DNA of 63,661 nt, filler included, from Octopus bimaculoides (lineage: Eukaryota): assembly GCF_001194135.2 (NCBI RefSeq). It is 4 parts of 4 records of this genome, joined end to end, with 100 filler letters (N's around TTAATTAATTAA, not from the genome) between each part and the next. Parts side by side here need not be neighbours in the genome. Positions count along the whole stretch, not along the records: positions 1 to 27,443 come from NC_068981.1; 3 more parts are not named here. One strand, written 5' to 3'. This document shows, one piece after another, positions 1 through 11,964 of the stretch (its first letter is position 1; each line of letters starts with the position of its first letter). A program made the position numbers and the translations under genes. The notes below the pieces were generated by a model. It was not told the DNA's origin. It was given only the letters and a program-made list of their open reading frames with translations, and did not search any database.

Positions 1-45
1 TTGTCCATTTTCTGTATTTAGCCCTGTGTGGCTATAATAAAAATA
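1..45 (+). mobile_element. 3' tail of SINE-B (B1-type tail), truncated by window edge
   Basis: ttgtccattttctgtatttagccctgtgtggctataataaaaata resembles the B1 tail read on the minus strand at 34885-34935 (ttgtcccctctatgtttagcccctcgtgggcaataaagaaata). Confidence 0.5.
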
Positions 46-80
<35 letters not shown>

Positions 81-447
81 TTATTTATTTATCTGTCTGG
101 CTATCTATCTATCCATCAGTCTGTCTGTCTGACTGTCTCTTTTTATCTATCCATATACATGTTCATATTGGGGTGGGTATTAATGTAGGAGCGTGTGTGT
201 ATATGTGCGTGCGTATATTGTGTGGCAACTAAATTCCTTCAAAGGCACGTCTTAATTCTTCTAATTGTGACATTTAGCCACGTTCAGTGTTCGACAATTA
301 ATTAGAAACCAGTTCGGATGACATATATGTATACACATTCATATTTATGCAGACACACGCATGCATATACATATGCAACCATATAAACATCTATCTATCT
401 ATTTGTATGTCTGTCTGTCAGTCTCTCTTTATCTCAGTTTGTCTGTG

Positions 448-486
<39 letters not shown>

Positions 487-502
487 CTCTATATATATGT
501 GT

Positions 503-543
<41 letters not shown>

Positions 544-600
544 TGTGTATGTGTCTATGTAGGGGTGCGTGTGTGTGTATGCGCGCGCGCGTGCGTTTGC
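46..600. repeat. Compound microsatellites (TATC)n, (TGTC)n, (AG)n, (TG)n with unique spacers
   Basis: Directly visible tandem repeats. Confidence 0.9.
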
Positions 601-1676
601 GTGTACTGAGATATCTCAAAAGCAAATAGAAACACTTTGTCATACCGTTTTGTTTGCCCGTACACAACCTATTAACACGATGCCTAATAAAGTCAAGTCA
701 TTAAACGCAGCGCAAGGCATGTTTACTAAATTACCAGATTACGCATTTNNNNNNNNNNNNNNNNNNNNNNNNNNNNNNNNNNNNNNNNNNNNNNNNNNNN
801 NNNNNNNNNNNNNNNNNNNNNNNNNNNNNNNNNNNNNNNNNNNNNNNNNNNNNNNNNNNNNNNNNNNNNNNNNNNNNNNNNNNNNNNNNNNNNNNNNNNN
901 NNNNNNNNNNNNNNNNNNNNNNNNNNNNNNNNNNNNNNNNNNNNNNNNNNNNNNNNNNNNNNNNNNNNNNNNNNNNNNNNNNNNNNNNNNNNNNNNNNNN
1001 NNNNNNNNNNNNNNNNNNNNNNNNNNNNNNNNNNNNNNNNNNNNNNNNNNNNNNNNNNNNNNNNNNNNNNNNNNNNNNNNNNNNNNNNNNNNNNNNNNNN
1101 NNNNNNNNNNNNNNNNNNNNNNNNNNNNNNNNNNNNNNNNNNNNNNNNNNNNNNNNNNNNNNNNNNNNNNNNNNNNNNNNNNNNNNNNNNNNNNNNNNNN
1201 NNNNNNNNNNNNNNNNNNNNNNNNNNNNNNNNNNNNNNNNNNNNNNNNNNNNNNNNNNNNNNNNNNNNNNNNNNNNNNNNNNNNNNNNNNNNNNNNNNNN
1301 NNNNNNNNNNNNNNNNNNNNNNNNNNNNNNNNNNNNNNNNNNNNNNNNNNNNNNNNNNNNNNNNNNNNNNNNNNNNNNNNNNNNNNNNNNNNNNNNNNNN
1401 NNNNNNNNNNNNNNNNNNNNNNNNNNNNNNNNNNNNNNNNNNNNNNNNNNNNNNNNNNNNNNNNNNNNNNNNNNNNNNNNNNNNNNNNNNNNNNNNNNNN
1501 NNNNNNNNNNNNNNNNNNNNNNNNNNNNNNNNNNNNNNNNNNNNNNNNNNNNNNNNNNNNNNNNNNNNNNNNNNNNNNNNNNNNNNNNNNNNNNNNNNNN
1601 NNNNNNNNNNNNNNNNNNNNNNNNNNNNNNNNNNNNNNNNNNNNNNNNNTATATATATATATATATATATATGGAT

Positions 1677-1828
1677 GGATGTGCGTCTGTGTGTTTGTAT
1701 GTCTATGTCTGACGTCCCACCATCGCTTGGCAACCAATGGTGGCGTGTCTACGTCCCCATAAAAAAACGATAGATTAAGTACTAGGCTTACAAAGAATAA
1801 ATCAAATGACTGAAACTAATAAAAGAAT
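1677..1828 (+). mobile_element. SINE-A 3' half (internally deleted)
   Basis: catcgcttggcaacc...agtactaggcttacaaagaataa...aaatgactgaaac matches copies at 4701, 42250 and 57138. Confidence 0.8.
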
Positions 1829-1839
1829 ATATATATATT

Positions 1840-2000
1840 GGAGTGTATGTGTGTGTGGTAAGAAGCTTGCTTCCCAGCCACATGGTCCCGGGTTCAGTCC
1901 CAATGCGTGGAACTTTAGCCAAGTGTTTTCTACTATAGCCTCGGGCTGACCAGAGCCTTGTGAGTGTGTTTGATTAGTGGAAACTGAAAAAAGTTCGTCG
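1840..2000 (+). mobile_element. SINE-A 5' half (tRNA-like head)
   Basis: gtgtggtaagaagcttgcttccc...gggttcagtccc (A/B-box-like), then ctactatagcctcgggc...gccttgtgagt, shared with more than 6 other copies in the window. Confidence 0.85.
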
Positions 2001-2020
2001 TGTGTATGTGCGTGTATTAC

Positions 2021-2397
2021 TCTTTTTACCCTTTTACTTGTTTCAGTCATTTGACTGCAGCCATGCTGGAGCACCGCCTTTAGTCGAGCAAATGAACCCC
2101 AAGACTTATTGTTTGTAAGCCTAGTACTTATTCTATCGGTCTCTTTTGTCGAACCGCTAAGTTACCAGCATCGGTTATCAAGCGATGTTGGGAGGACAAA
2201 CACAGACACTCAACCCCACCACATATATATACATGTATACGGCGGGCTTCTTGAAGTTTCCATCTACCAAATCGACTCACAAGGCTTTGGTCGGGCCGAG
2301 GCTATAGTAGAAGACATTTGCCCAAGGTGCCACGCAGTGGGACTGAACCCGGAGCCATGTGGTTGGTAAGCAAGCTACTTACCACACAGTCACTCCT
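2021..2397 (-). mobile_element. SINE-A, full length
   Basis: Reverse complement shows head, internal (TA/TG) microsatellite, 3' module and ...gactgaaacaagtaaaag tail; homologous to 42066-42483. Confidence 0.9.
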
Positions 2398-2450
2398 CAT
2401 ATATATATATATAATACAAATACTATGTGAGCATATGCATATATACGTAC

Positions 2451-2519
2451 ATGTATATACCTACATCTACATGTATATACCTACATCTACATGTATATAC
2501 CTACATCTACATGTATATA
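2451..2519. repeat. 20-bp minisatellite (atgtatatacctacatctac) x3.4
   Basis: Three identical units at 2451, 2471 and 2491 plus a partial unit. Confidence 0.95.
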
Positions 2520-3011
2520 TCGATGCATATCTGGGTACAAGACGTCACAAAAAAACGTGGACAAAATGAAAAACAGAACATAAACAGAGAACAGAAAACA
2601 CACAGGCCGCATAGAGAACATTTCTTTCATGAGCTGCCACCATTCTAAAACTAAGCGTTTCAAAGTGTTAGGGCAGTACGCTTTGCTAGAATGGCTCTTC
2701 CCGCGGAAAGAAATTAAATTAGTAGTGCGGAGGAATATCGTGGCGAACAGAAAGCATGACAGGAAAACGAAGCAGTGAAAATAAACAAGAAGGTCTAGTA
2801 GGGCTAGACGTGAAAAAATGTATATGTATACTGAACGCTGTGATGAGACGAACTGGAAGGGAGAGAGAAGTTCGTGCTGGCTTGGCAGTGGCCAAGATAA
2901 GAAAGGAGGCAGAAGCCGGACAAATGTGACCAGCGAGGAGTAAGGAGAAAGATTGGTAGAAAGAGATAAAAAGGGGAGGAAGTAGAATATAGGTGAGCAA
3001 CGTGAGAGCAC

Positions 3012-3120
3012 CTTCTTCTTCTTCTTCTTCTTCTTCTTCTTCTTCTTCTTCTTCTTCTTCTTCTTCTTCTTCGTTTCCTTCTTTTTCTTTTGTCTTCTTC
3101 TTTTTCTTCTTCTTTTTCCT
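3012..3120. repeat. (TTC)n microsatellite, degenerate at 3' end
   Basis: Directly visible. Confidence 0.95.
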
Positions 3121-3123
3121 CTC

Positions 3124-3320
3124 CAGCTGGCAGAATCGTTAACGCGCCGGATGAAATGCTTCGCATTATTTCGCCCATCGTTACGTTCTGAGTTTAAATT
3201 CCACCGAGAAAAATTTTACCTTTCATCATTTCGGTATCGATAAAATAAGTTTAACACTGAGGTCGATGTAATCAACTCATCCCCTTCCCGAAAACTGCTG
3301 CTCTTGTAGCAATATTTGAT
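3124..3320 (+). mobile_element. SINE-B
   Basis: gctggcagaatcgttaacg...gttctgagtttaaattccaccgag...cctttcatcatttcggtatcgataaaataagt matches more than 10 other copies. Confidence 0.85.
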
Positions 3321-3346
3321 TACATTATTGCTATTATTATTATTAT

Positions 3347-3792
3347 TGTTGAGTAGTTTTATTTTTATAACGTGTTTTCACTTCACTACCGAGCGCAGCT
3401 CTGTGTGCCTTGGGTATGTGCTGTGGTTTGCTGTGATGCTCTTATGGTTACTGTATTGAAAGTGTTTTGCGTAGGATGTGTGCAGTGCCCAGTAGTGCAA
3501 TTTTCTGTATGTCATATATATTTGTAAGTCCTGGTGTTTTTGTTATGTATTTGTCTGAATATTTTTTTATTATACCTAAGTCACCTACTATGATAGGAAT
3601 TGTTTCTGTTTTTAGATTCCACATTCGAGTTACCTCTAATTCCAGGTCTTTGTATTTTGAAAGTTTTTCCATTTCTTTTAGGGAAACGTTGTCATCTGCT
3701 GGTATTGATACATCAATTAGAAAGCATTTTTTTTCTTCATGATCTTTGACAACTATATCTGGTCTATTTGCCTTAATTTCTCTATCTCACCT
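3347..3792 (-). mobile_element. 5'-truncated R4/Dong-clade non-LTR retrotransposon (restriction-like endonuclease C-terminus plus 3' UTR)
   Basis: Minus strand translates DREIKANRPDIVVKDHEEKKCFLIDVSIPADDNVSLK, then a 1-nt frameshift, then MEKLSKYKDLELEVTRMWNLKTETIPIIVGDLG...IQKIALLGTAHILRKTLS. This is the RPD...D...EK..KY..L pattern of RLE domains. Flanked on both sides by TAA/TAT repeats. Confidence 0.85.
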
Positions 3793-3794
3793 TA

Positions 3795-3957
<163 letters not shown>

Positions 3958-4174
3958 GCAGCGAGCTGGAAAAATCGTTAGCACGTCGGGTGATATGCTT
4001 TGCGGCATTTCATCTGCCGTTACGTTCTGAGTTCTAATTCCATCGAGGTCGACTTTGCCTTTCATCCTTTCGGGAGTTGATAAAATTGGTACCAATTACG
4101 TAATGGGGTCAATGTAATCGACAATCCTTTCACCCAAATTGGAGGCCTTGCACTTCCAGTAGAAAGGTTCATGG

Positions 4175-4230
<56 letters not shown>

Positions 4231-4231
4231 T
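3958..4231 (+). mobile_element. SINE-B with (TAT)n tail
   Basis: gcgagctggaaaaatcgttagcacg...gaggtcgactttgcctttcatcctttcggg...ggaggccttgcacttccagtagaaagg followed by (tat)n. Confidence 0.85.
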
Positions 4232-4700
4232 AGTCTTGTTTAGTTTCGAACAATAGACTTTAAAGTCCATTAACGTTTTAGATGGCTGCAACAATGTGCC
4301 GCTATCTGCATTTGATTCAGATAAAAAATTACGATCNNNNNNNNNNNNNNNNNNNNNNNNNNNNNNNNNNNNNNNNNNNNNNNNNNNNNNNNNNNNNNNN
4401 NNNNNNNNNNNNNNNNNNNNNNNNNNNNNNNNNNNNNNNNNNNNNNNNNNNNNNNNNNNNNNNNNNNNNNNNNNNNNNNNNNNNNNNNNNNNNNNNNNNN
4501 NNNNNNNNNNNNNNNNNNNNNNNNNNNNNNNNNNNNNNNNNNNNNNNNNNNNNNNNNNNNNNNNNNNNNNNNNNNNNNNNNNNNNNNNNNNNNNNNNNNN
4601 NNNNNNNNNNNNNNNNNNNNNNNNNNNNNNNNNNNNNNNNNNNNNNNNNNNNNNNNNNNNNNNNNNNTATATATATATATATATATATATCTTGTGCTAA

Positions 4701-4940
4701 TGTGTCTGTGTTTGTCACCCCTTCCCCGCCCAGTCATCGCTTGACAACCGATGCTGGTGTGTTTATGTCCCCCGTAACCTAACGTTTCGGCAAAAAAAAA
4801 AACCCGATAGAATAAGTACTAGGTTTAAAAAAAATAAGTCCTGGGGTCGATTTTTTCGATCAAAACACTTTAAGGAGGTGCTCCGGCATGGCCGCAGTCA
4901 GATGATTGAAACAAGTAAAAGAATAAAAGAATAAAAGAAT
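4701..4940 (+). mobile_element. SINE-A 3' half (5' half probably inside the 4337-4667 gap)
   Basis: catcgcttgacaaccgatgctggtgtgtt...gtcctggggtcgatt...catggccgcagtc...gaaacaagtaaaagaataaaagaataaaag. Confidence 0.85.
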
Positions 4941-5208
4941 ATACATACATCATACGCACACACAGTCTTACACACCAACTAGCAGATATGATTTAACGTT
5001 AGCGTATACTATAACAGAATGTCGCTCATGTAGAAAGACTCCCCGAAAAGCGAGTTATTAGTACGGTCGTCTGCTTTATAAATACGAACATACACATACT
5101 CCCTTCCCTCCCGCACCACCACCTACAGACACTCTCGTGGATACACACGCAGACATTGACACAAACGTACGACACCACACGCTCATGCGCGCACGCACTT
5201 GTATATAC

Positions 5209-5230
5209 TCTCTCTCTCTCTCTCTCTCTC

Positions 5231-5305
<75 letters not shown>
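5209..5305. repeat. (TC)n-(TA)n compound microsatellite
   Basis: Directly visible. Confidence 0.95.
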
Positions 5306-5307
<2 letters not shown>

Positions 5308-5870
5308 TAGAACGTCAGACACAATTAAATTCAGGTATATCTTGTTTTAATATAATTTATCTTTATATCTTTGTAGTTACAACTAAATCAGGCAACTGTA
5401 AGCGTGGTAGACTGCAATCTAAAATATTTTATATTACTTGATTCAACTTAAACTGAATTATATAATTTAATTTATAGAATCGGTAAAATATAATGACTTA
5501 CGTATATTACTTAACTTCCCTTGTAATTACTTTATTTTTGTCTAATTGGAGTTGTTCACTTTGATGTGAAACCGACATCGTTACACGAACGCATGTTCGC
5601 ACTCATATACTATTGCATTTATAGCTACACTACTCAGAAAGAGAGAGAGAGAGAGACAGAGAGAGAGAGAGAGGGGGGGAGAAGGAGAGAGATAGAGAGA
5701 GAGACAGGGGCGTGAGTGAGAGAATGCGAGTGCGACATGTATGTATATATGCATTTGCATAGATAGATATATTCACAAATATACACGCGGCTCTCAACAT
5801 TAAAGCACTGATATATATATATAACGAACATATATTCACCCAAATCTATATACACACAAGCATGTACGTA

Positions 5871-5921
<51 letters not shown>

Positions 5922-6395
5922 NNNNNNNNNNNNNNNNNNNNNNNNNNNNNNNNNNNNNNNNNNNNNNNNNNNNNNNNNNNNNNNNNNNNNNNNNNNNNNN
6001 NNNNNNNNNNNNNNNNNNNNNNNNNNNNNNACGTTTACATCTTCATGTTTGTGCTTTTACGTAATGTATCCGTCCCTGTAGGGAGATAAACACATGTAAA
6101 GATAAACACATGCATACGTACATGAGTACTTTAATGTAGGCGTGACTGTGCAACACACTGCTGGTAGAGTATATGCCAAGTTTGGTTGAAGATTTTTCAC
6201 TGAATGGAGAGGTGCATAGTAGTCTATCGCACTCGGTATGTTGTTGCCTCGTTTTCGTATATTTTCATGATCGTATGTATAAATGTTTGTGTGCGTGCAT
6301 GTATGTTCATGTACGTATGATATGTGTATGACTGCCTTTAGGTTTGTGAATACTATATACACACACATGCAGCGCAGAACTACCTACATACCTAC

Positions 6396-6441
<46 letters not shown>

Positions 6442-6478
6442 CTCTATCTATTTGTCTGTCTGTCCATCTATCTATCTA

Positions 6479-6517
<39 letters not shown>

Positions 6518-6922
6518 TTCTATCCACATCTCCACNNNNNNNNNNNNNNNNNNNNNNNNNNNNNNNNNNNNNNNNNNNNNNNNNNNNNNNNNNNNNNNNN
6601 NNNNNNNNNNNNNNNNNNNNNNNNNNNNNNNNNNNNNNNNNNNNNNNNNNNNNNNNNNNNNNNNNNNNNNNNNNNNNNNNNNNNNNNNNNNNNNNNNNNN
6701 NNNNNNNNNNNNNNNNNNNNNNNNNNNNNNNNNNNNNNNNNNNNNNNNNNNNNNNNNNNNNNNNNNNNNNNNNNNNNNNNNNNNNNNNNNNNNNNNNNNN
6801 NNNNNNNNNNNNNNNNNNNNNNNNNNNNNNNNNNNNNNNNNNNNNNNNNNNNNNNNNNNNNNNNNNNNNNNNNNNNNNNNNNNNNNNNNNNNNNNNNNNN
6901 NNNNNNNNNNNNNNNNNNNNNN

Positions 6923-6977
<55 letters not shown>

Positions 6978-7420
6978 TTCTGTATCTATTGATAGATATA
7001 GTTATACATATGTTTGGTTACATGTGCACGTGGATTCACTCCATACACGTAAGCGGAATTTTTGATTCGCTCTCAGTCGAAAGACATCTGTTGTTATTTC
7101 TTGTTGTTTATATTCGTAATTCTGTACCTTGTTCTCTGTTTTTTGTTTGTTTGATTGTTGTCTTTGTTGCGGTACATATTCGCTAGCTTTCGTACAAAAG
7201 GGTCTAATGGTCTTAGCTTTGACTATTTGGGGGGCAAATCGGTCAGCTGCATGGTGTCTAATATTACATTCGAATTCTCATGTATGCATTATTCAGGCAT
7301 ACCCGCACATAATGTGAGCTCTATATACATATAAGCCGTGAACTGACGATATGTTTAATTTCCGATCCTGTTCGGGTACCTGATGTTCATAAGCCACAAA
7401 AATGGTGGAACATCGATCTA

Positions 7421-8537
7421 TTGGGTTGGCAAGTAAGTTCCCGCCTTTTTTTTTTAATTTTGGAATCTTTTTTTTTTCCGAGAATTCTATTTTTGAATGA
7501 TTTTGGAATGTATTTTGTTTTTATAGTTAATTTTAGTTAATTTTTTTTTTTCAGATCACTAAAATGGAATGTCAAGTTAAGAAAAACGAGCATTTTCGAC
7601 GCCTCCTTCATTTTGTTTTTAATTAAGGTTCTAAGGCCGCAAAAGCTGCTCGCGACATTTGTGCTGTGCATAGAGAGGGTACCAAAGCTGAAAGAACTGC
7701 TCGTGATTGGTATGTCTAGTTCAAAAATGGAAAAATTTTGACCTCAAAGACACACCTAGTTCTAGACGTCCAGTTGAGTTCGATGAAGAGCGATTAAACC
7801 AACTTTTGCACGAAAATTCTAGTCAAACGACAAGGAAACTGGCAGAGAAAATGGAATGCTCTCACAGTGCTATAGAGAAGGATCTTCACTCGATGGGAAG
7901 TATGGAGCATGGGTTCCGAATGCTTTAAGTGACAACAAAAATCAGAAAAAAATCAGCTTGCTCGTCAACGCTCAACCTATGGGCGGAAGCAACGATTTCT
8001 TTAGCGAATCGTAACTGGTGACGAAAAATGGTGCCTGTACACCAATATGAAGAAGCGTAAGGAATGTCTTAGCCCGGTAAACAAGCGACACCGCGTGTGA
8101 AACAAGATCTTCATCCGCGTAAAACGATGTTGTGCGTATGGTGGGACTGGGAAGGGATTATCCATTATGAATTACTTGAATGGAACCAAACGGTGAACGC
8201 GGAACTCTATGTTCAACAGGTGGAACGACTCAACATGGCTATACATAAGAAACGACCTAATCGGTAGCATGGAGTTCTTCTACAGCATGACAATGCCCGC
8301 CCTCATATCGCCAATATGACCAAGGAAGCCATTCAAACGCTTGGCTGGGGAGTGCTGCTACACCCACCGTACTCTCATGATTTGGCACCGACAGATTTCC
8401 ACCTCTTTCGATCTCTTTCAAATGCAATGCGCGGAGCTTCGTTTAATACTGATGCAGAATTGAGAGCCTGGTTGTATCAATTTTTCGAATCAAAATCGGG
8501 TGATTTCTACCGACGAGGTATTGAAAATCATGTTGAA
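7421..8537 (+). mobile_element. Mariner (DD34D-type) transposon relic, mellifera-subfamily-like; 5' TIR present, 3' end lost
   Basis: TA then TIR-like ttgggttggcaagtaag at 7419-7437. ATG at 7564 gives MECQVKKNEHFRRLL...; motifs WVP(N)AL, IVTGDEKW, MLCVWWDWEG, HDNARPH and HPPYSHDLAPTDFHLF are all present, with stops and frameshifts. Subfamily is from remembered similarity (KEHFRH.LLF N-terminus, TIR). Confidence 0.92.
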
Positions 8538-8681
8538 GCTCCTTCCCCTGCACCCACCTACGCTGTCGCACCTGCACCTACCTCTTCAACACCCCATAAC
8601 TCACAGGCATTCATCACTGTCCCTATCACGTCACCGATTCCTTTGCCTGCACCTCTAGTAATGCCATTTACTGCACCTCCT

Positions 8682-8716
<35 letters not shown>

Positions 8717-8910
8717 CCCTGTACATCGGTTAAACGGGACGCCGCGTGGCTGACCGGTTCGCGGAGGAACTCCAGGACATCAAATTCGGCAATGACATTC
8801 CGGTCTTGCGCCATTTCCGCTCTACCGATCATTTGCTACATTATCTGTCTGTGTTCGGAGTATCTCTGCATAGTGGCCACCCAGAATCCCACCTTCACTG
8901 CGAACAGGAA
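8538..8910 (+). mobile_element. Penelope-like element fragment: Cys-rich linker plus GIY-YIG endonuclease
   Basis: Translation SFPCTHLRCRTCTYLFNTP*LTG...HVTDSFACTSSNAIYCTSCS-[(CT)n]-LYIG*TGRRVADRFAEELQDIKFGNDIPVLRHFRSTDH...LSVFG matches the PLE pattern C..RC.TC...F.C.SSNVIYC..C..C..LYIG.TGR.L.DRF.EH...PVA.HF. Confidence 0.85.
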
Positions 8911-10258
8911 AGTGTGTGAGTGTTGTGTATGTGTGTATGTTTCTGTGTGCATCTATTCTAGTGCGACTATTTGTGTGTTTATCTCTCTGAGACAGTGGTT
9001 TTATAAATATGTGTGCGTGTGTATGAGGATATACATACACGTTTGACAGTTTAATATAATTGCTTTGTAAATGTAGGTTTTTATGCTTTTTTATGCCTGG
9101 ATATCAGAAAATAACTATAACATTCAACTACGGTACTAGTTCAATAATGTTCTTAAGGCCTCAATTTACTCACACGCAGCATCTTCAGAGCTTTGTCACT
9201 AATTCAGTTATTAACCAAAATGAAAACTGTTAACAGTTTTGAAGAGGGCTGCTCCCTGGCGACATTTTGGCATAAAAAATTGAGATTTTGTTTAGTAGAA
9301 AAAAGCTTACATCACAATTTGTAGCAACGTTATAGGAGAGTAAATAGCGCCTCCAATCAAGTTTAGATCTAAATAACATTTTGTAATTTAAAAGCAAAGT
9401 ATATCTATCTTAGCTTTAATGATAGAAGAATGCATGAAGAATTTCATAGTTTTAATCCCATTCAACAAAAATTTGTATCAAAAAGTTGTGAGGTAACATA
9501 TCATGAACAAAATATAAGACAAAAAATTGGATTTAAGTATAATTAACTTTTTTATATTTTAAAAACAAACTATATTTCAATTAAGCTTAAATTACAGATC
9601 TTAATTCGAGGAATTTCATGGTATCAATCGCATCCAATGAAGTTTTAAAAGAAAATCTTATGAGTGTTTGTTTCTCAAATTTGAGGGTGATAATATAGTT
9701 CTATGCTTTTTGATGAATACATTTCTATAAGGGACTTTATGTCACAGGCATCACTGATGTAAGGAAAAATGATCAACGATGCCACTAATTTGCAATTAGT
9801 TTAATTATGTCATGTGTATTAATTAATTCAATTATATCATAAAAATGAAAAAAATTAAAATATTATTTAGGAATTTTGGCAACAGCCTAGCCATTTTTGC
9901 AATCTTTGGTTTTAACTCGAAGGCTTGTGTATGGCGTTCGGTAAATTCCGTAAAGAAAATATTATTTATTTATTTTTGTGAGTGGAAATGTAGATTTTGT
10001 TTGAAGTCTGCATAAAGTAAAAGAGAAAGGAAATGAACATGGACATGTGCATGTGTTAATGGGGGTTGCGAGAGAGAAAGTATGTTGTGTGTTTATATGA
10101 AAGAGAGAGAGAGAGTGACAGCGTACATATATTTATTTATTTTTCTCGCATCTTTTTTCAGTAAATGTGTGAGAGATTGACTGAGAGAGAGAGAGAGAAA
10201 AAGAAATAGAGAGAGTTGTGTGTGTGTGAGAGAGAGAGAGGGGGGGTATATTGCTGTA

Positions 10259-10302
<44 letters not shown>

Positions 10303-10740
10303 AAAGAGTGACAGAATGATAGCGTAAATTTTGCTTAGCTACTTATACATACATGAAAAAAATTGTCATGAGAATATACACCTTCACTCAGTGACTGAAT
10401 TTTTCTCTCTACACACACGCATACATATAAAACATGTATGCATATGTATTTATGCATGTACGTGTATACGACAGAGAAAGTGTGTACGTATGTTGGTGTG
10501 CGTGTGTGACTGACACTAGCCATTTTACACAAACATGACAACACCTCTCTCTCTCTCACACATAGACAAAAAGATGCGAGAAAAACTAAATGAATAAAAA
10601 ATAACTGTATCAATCTCTCCCTTTCTCTCTCTCTCTCTCTTTCTCTCGCACACAGAGCAAGACACACCTCTCTGTCAGATACACACACACTAAAAGAAGA
10701 TGCAAGAAAAGTAAATAAATAAAATTTACGCTATCACTCT

Positions 10741-10870
10741 CTCTCTCTCCCTCTCCCCCTCGATCTCTCCCTCTCCCCCTCGATCTCTCCCTCTCCCCTC
10801 TCTCTCCCTCTCCCGCTCTATCTCTCCCTCTCCCCTCTATCTCTCCCTCCCCACCTCTCTCTCTCTCTTT
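10741..10870. repeat. CT-rich 20-bp minisatellite (ctctccctctccccctcgat) degrading into (CT)n
   Basis: Two near-identical units followed by degenerate units. Confidence 0.85.
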
Positions 10871-11042
10871 CTCACACACACAGAACACAACAACATCAAC
10901 AACACACCTTCTCTCTTTCTCTCTTACACATACACACATAACATATACTTGAAATATATTTTATCAATTTTCAATAAGGTAAAAGCTTAAAGTATTAATT
11001 GACACATTAATTCGCATAATATCATAACCAGAAAAAACGTGG

Positions 11043-11667
11043 ATTACATGGAAAAATGCAAGCAAGAGAAATAATATTCTTAAGATTATAAACCTGGTAA
11101 TTTACAAGACAAGTTATTACACTTGGAAAAGTCGAGGACAAGTTATTACACTTGGAAAAGTCGAGGACAAGTTATTACATCTGGTAAATTACAGAACAGG
11201 AAAGTCTATACTGAAAATATTGCAGCTAAGGATAAAATTTGAATATTAAAATTATTTGATTTTAATTTACAAAGTAACATTATAATCAAAAAAGGTACCA
11301 TCATTTTGTTGAAATATTGATACACTAAAATACTTTAAAAATGAGAGCCGGAAGTATCTATATAGCTCCTTAGGCAAAGGAGAACTGTATATATGATAGG
11401 CTAATTCATTATGTAAAAAATAGGCATTGGGTCAAGACTAAAAATGAGAAAACTTGGCAATAACTTAGTTTTAATAAAAACTAATATCTTCTAAATCTAA
11501 ATATTTTATTTCAAATTTTATCCTTAGCTGCAATATTTCTTGTTCTTTACTTTGCCAGATGTAAGAACTTGTCCTGAAACTTTCCAAGTGTAATAACTTG
11601 TTCTGTACTTTTCCCTGTTTATAATCTTAAGAATATTATTTCTCTTGCTCGCATTTTCCCATGTAAT
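11043..11667. mobile_element. Foldback/MITE-like element with long inverted arms containing 29-bp sub-repeats
   Basis: Left arm 11043-11262 and right arm 11493-11667 are reverse complements (for example gcaagagaaataatattcttaagattataaac and aaatattgcagctaaggataaaatttgaa). The 29-bp unit gacaagttattacacttggaaaagtcgag is repeated exactly at 11108 and 11137. Confidence 0.75.
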
Positions 11668-11889
11668 AATGTGTGCCTGCACTTTAAGACATATCAAATG
11701 GGAATATTTGACCTTCATAACTCTGAGTTGATGATTGCTTAAATGAAGTAAAAGTTCTCCAAGAAGGAATCGTAATCAGTTTGCTCTATCGATCTTAAAA
11801 TTATGGAACAGATGGAGCCAAACGTTTTCGACGCTTTACCGATTATTCCATTTCACCGATTTTAGGTGAATTTAAGGACATACTTAAAT

Positions 11890-11929
<40 letters not shown>

Positions 11930-11964
11930 TTGCTGACTGCACCGACTCCCATATTCTACTGATA

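Noticed and set aside
569-1762. Long ORFs in the supplied track that span N gaps (also near 4.3, 6.5, 24.6, 30.4, 33.2, 39.7, 47.9, 51.8 and 56.4 kb)
   Set aside because: They are open only because N codons are not stops.
2680-3005. Purine-rich stretch faintly resembling an RTE C-terminus (VMRR...)
   Set aside because: Too few conserved residues to call.
5377-5397. 21-nt micro-exon candidate (ttgtag|...|gtaagc)
   Set aside because: Such signals are frequent by chance in AT-rich DNA; no independent support.
8316-8753. 145-aa ORF that looks like a mariner fused to a Pro/Ala-rich tail
   Set aside because: Chance read-through from the mariner frame into a non-native frame of the adjacent PLE; the mariner upstream is broken.
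11108-11195. 29-bp direct repeats (and the 16-bp repeats at 33146-33240) as a CRISPR array
   Set aside because: Units are contiguous without unique spacers, there are no cas genes, and the context is eukaryotic.
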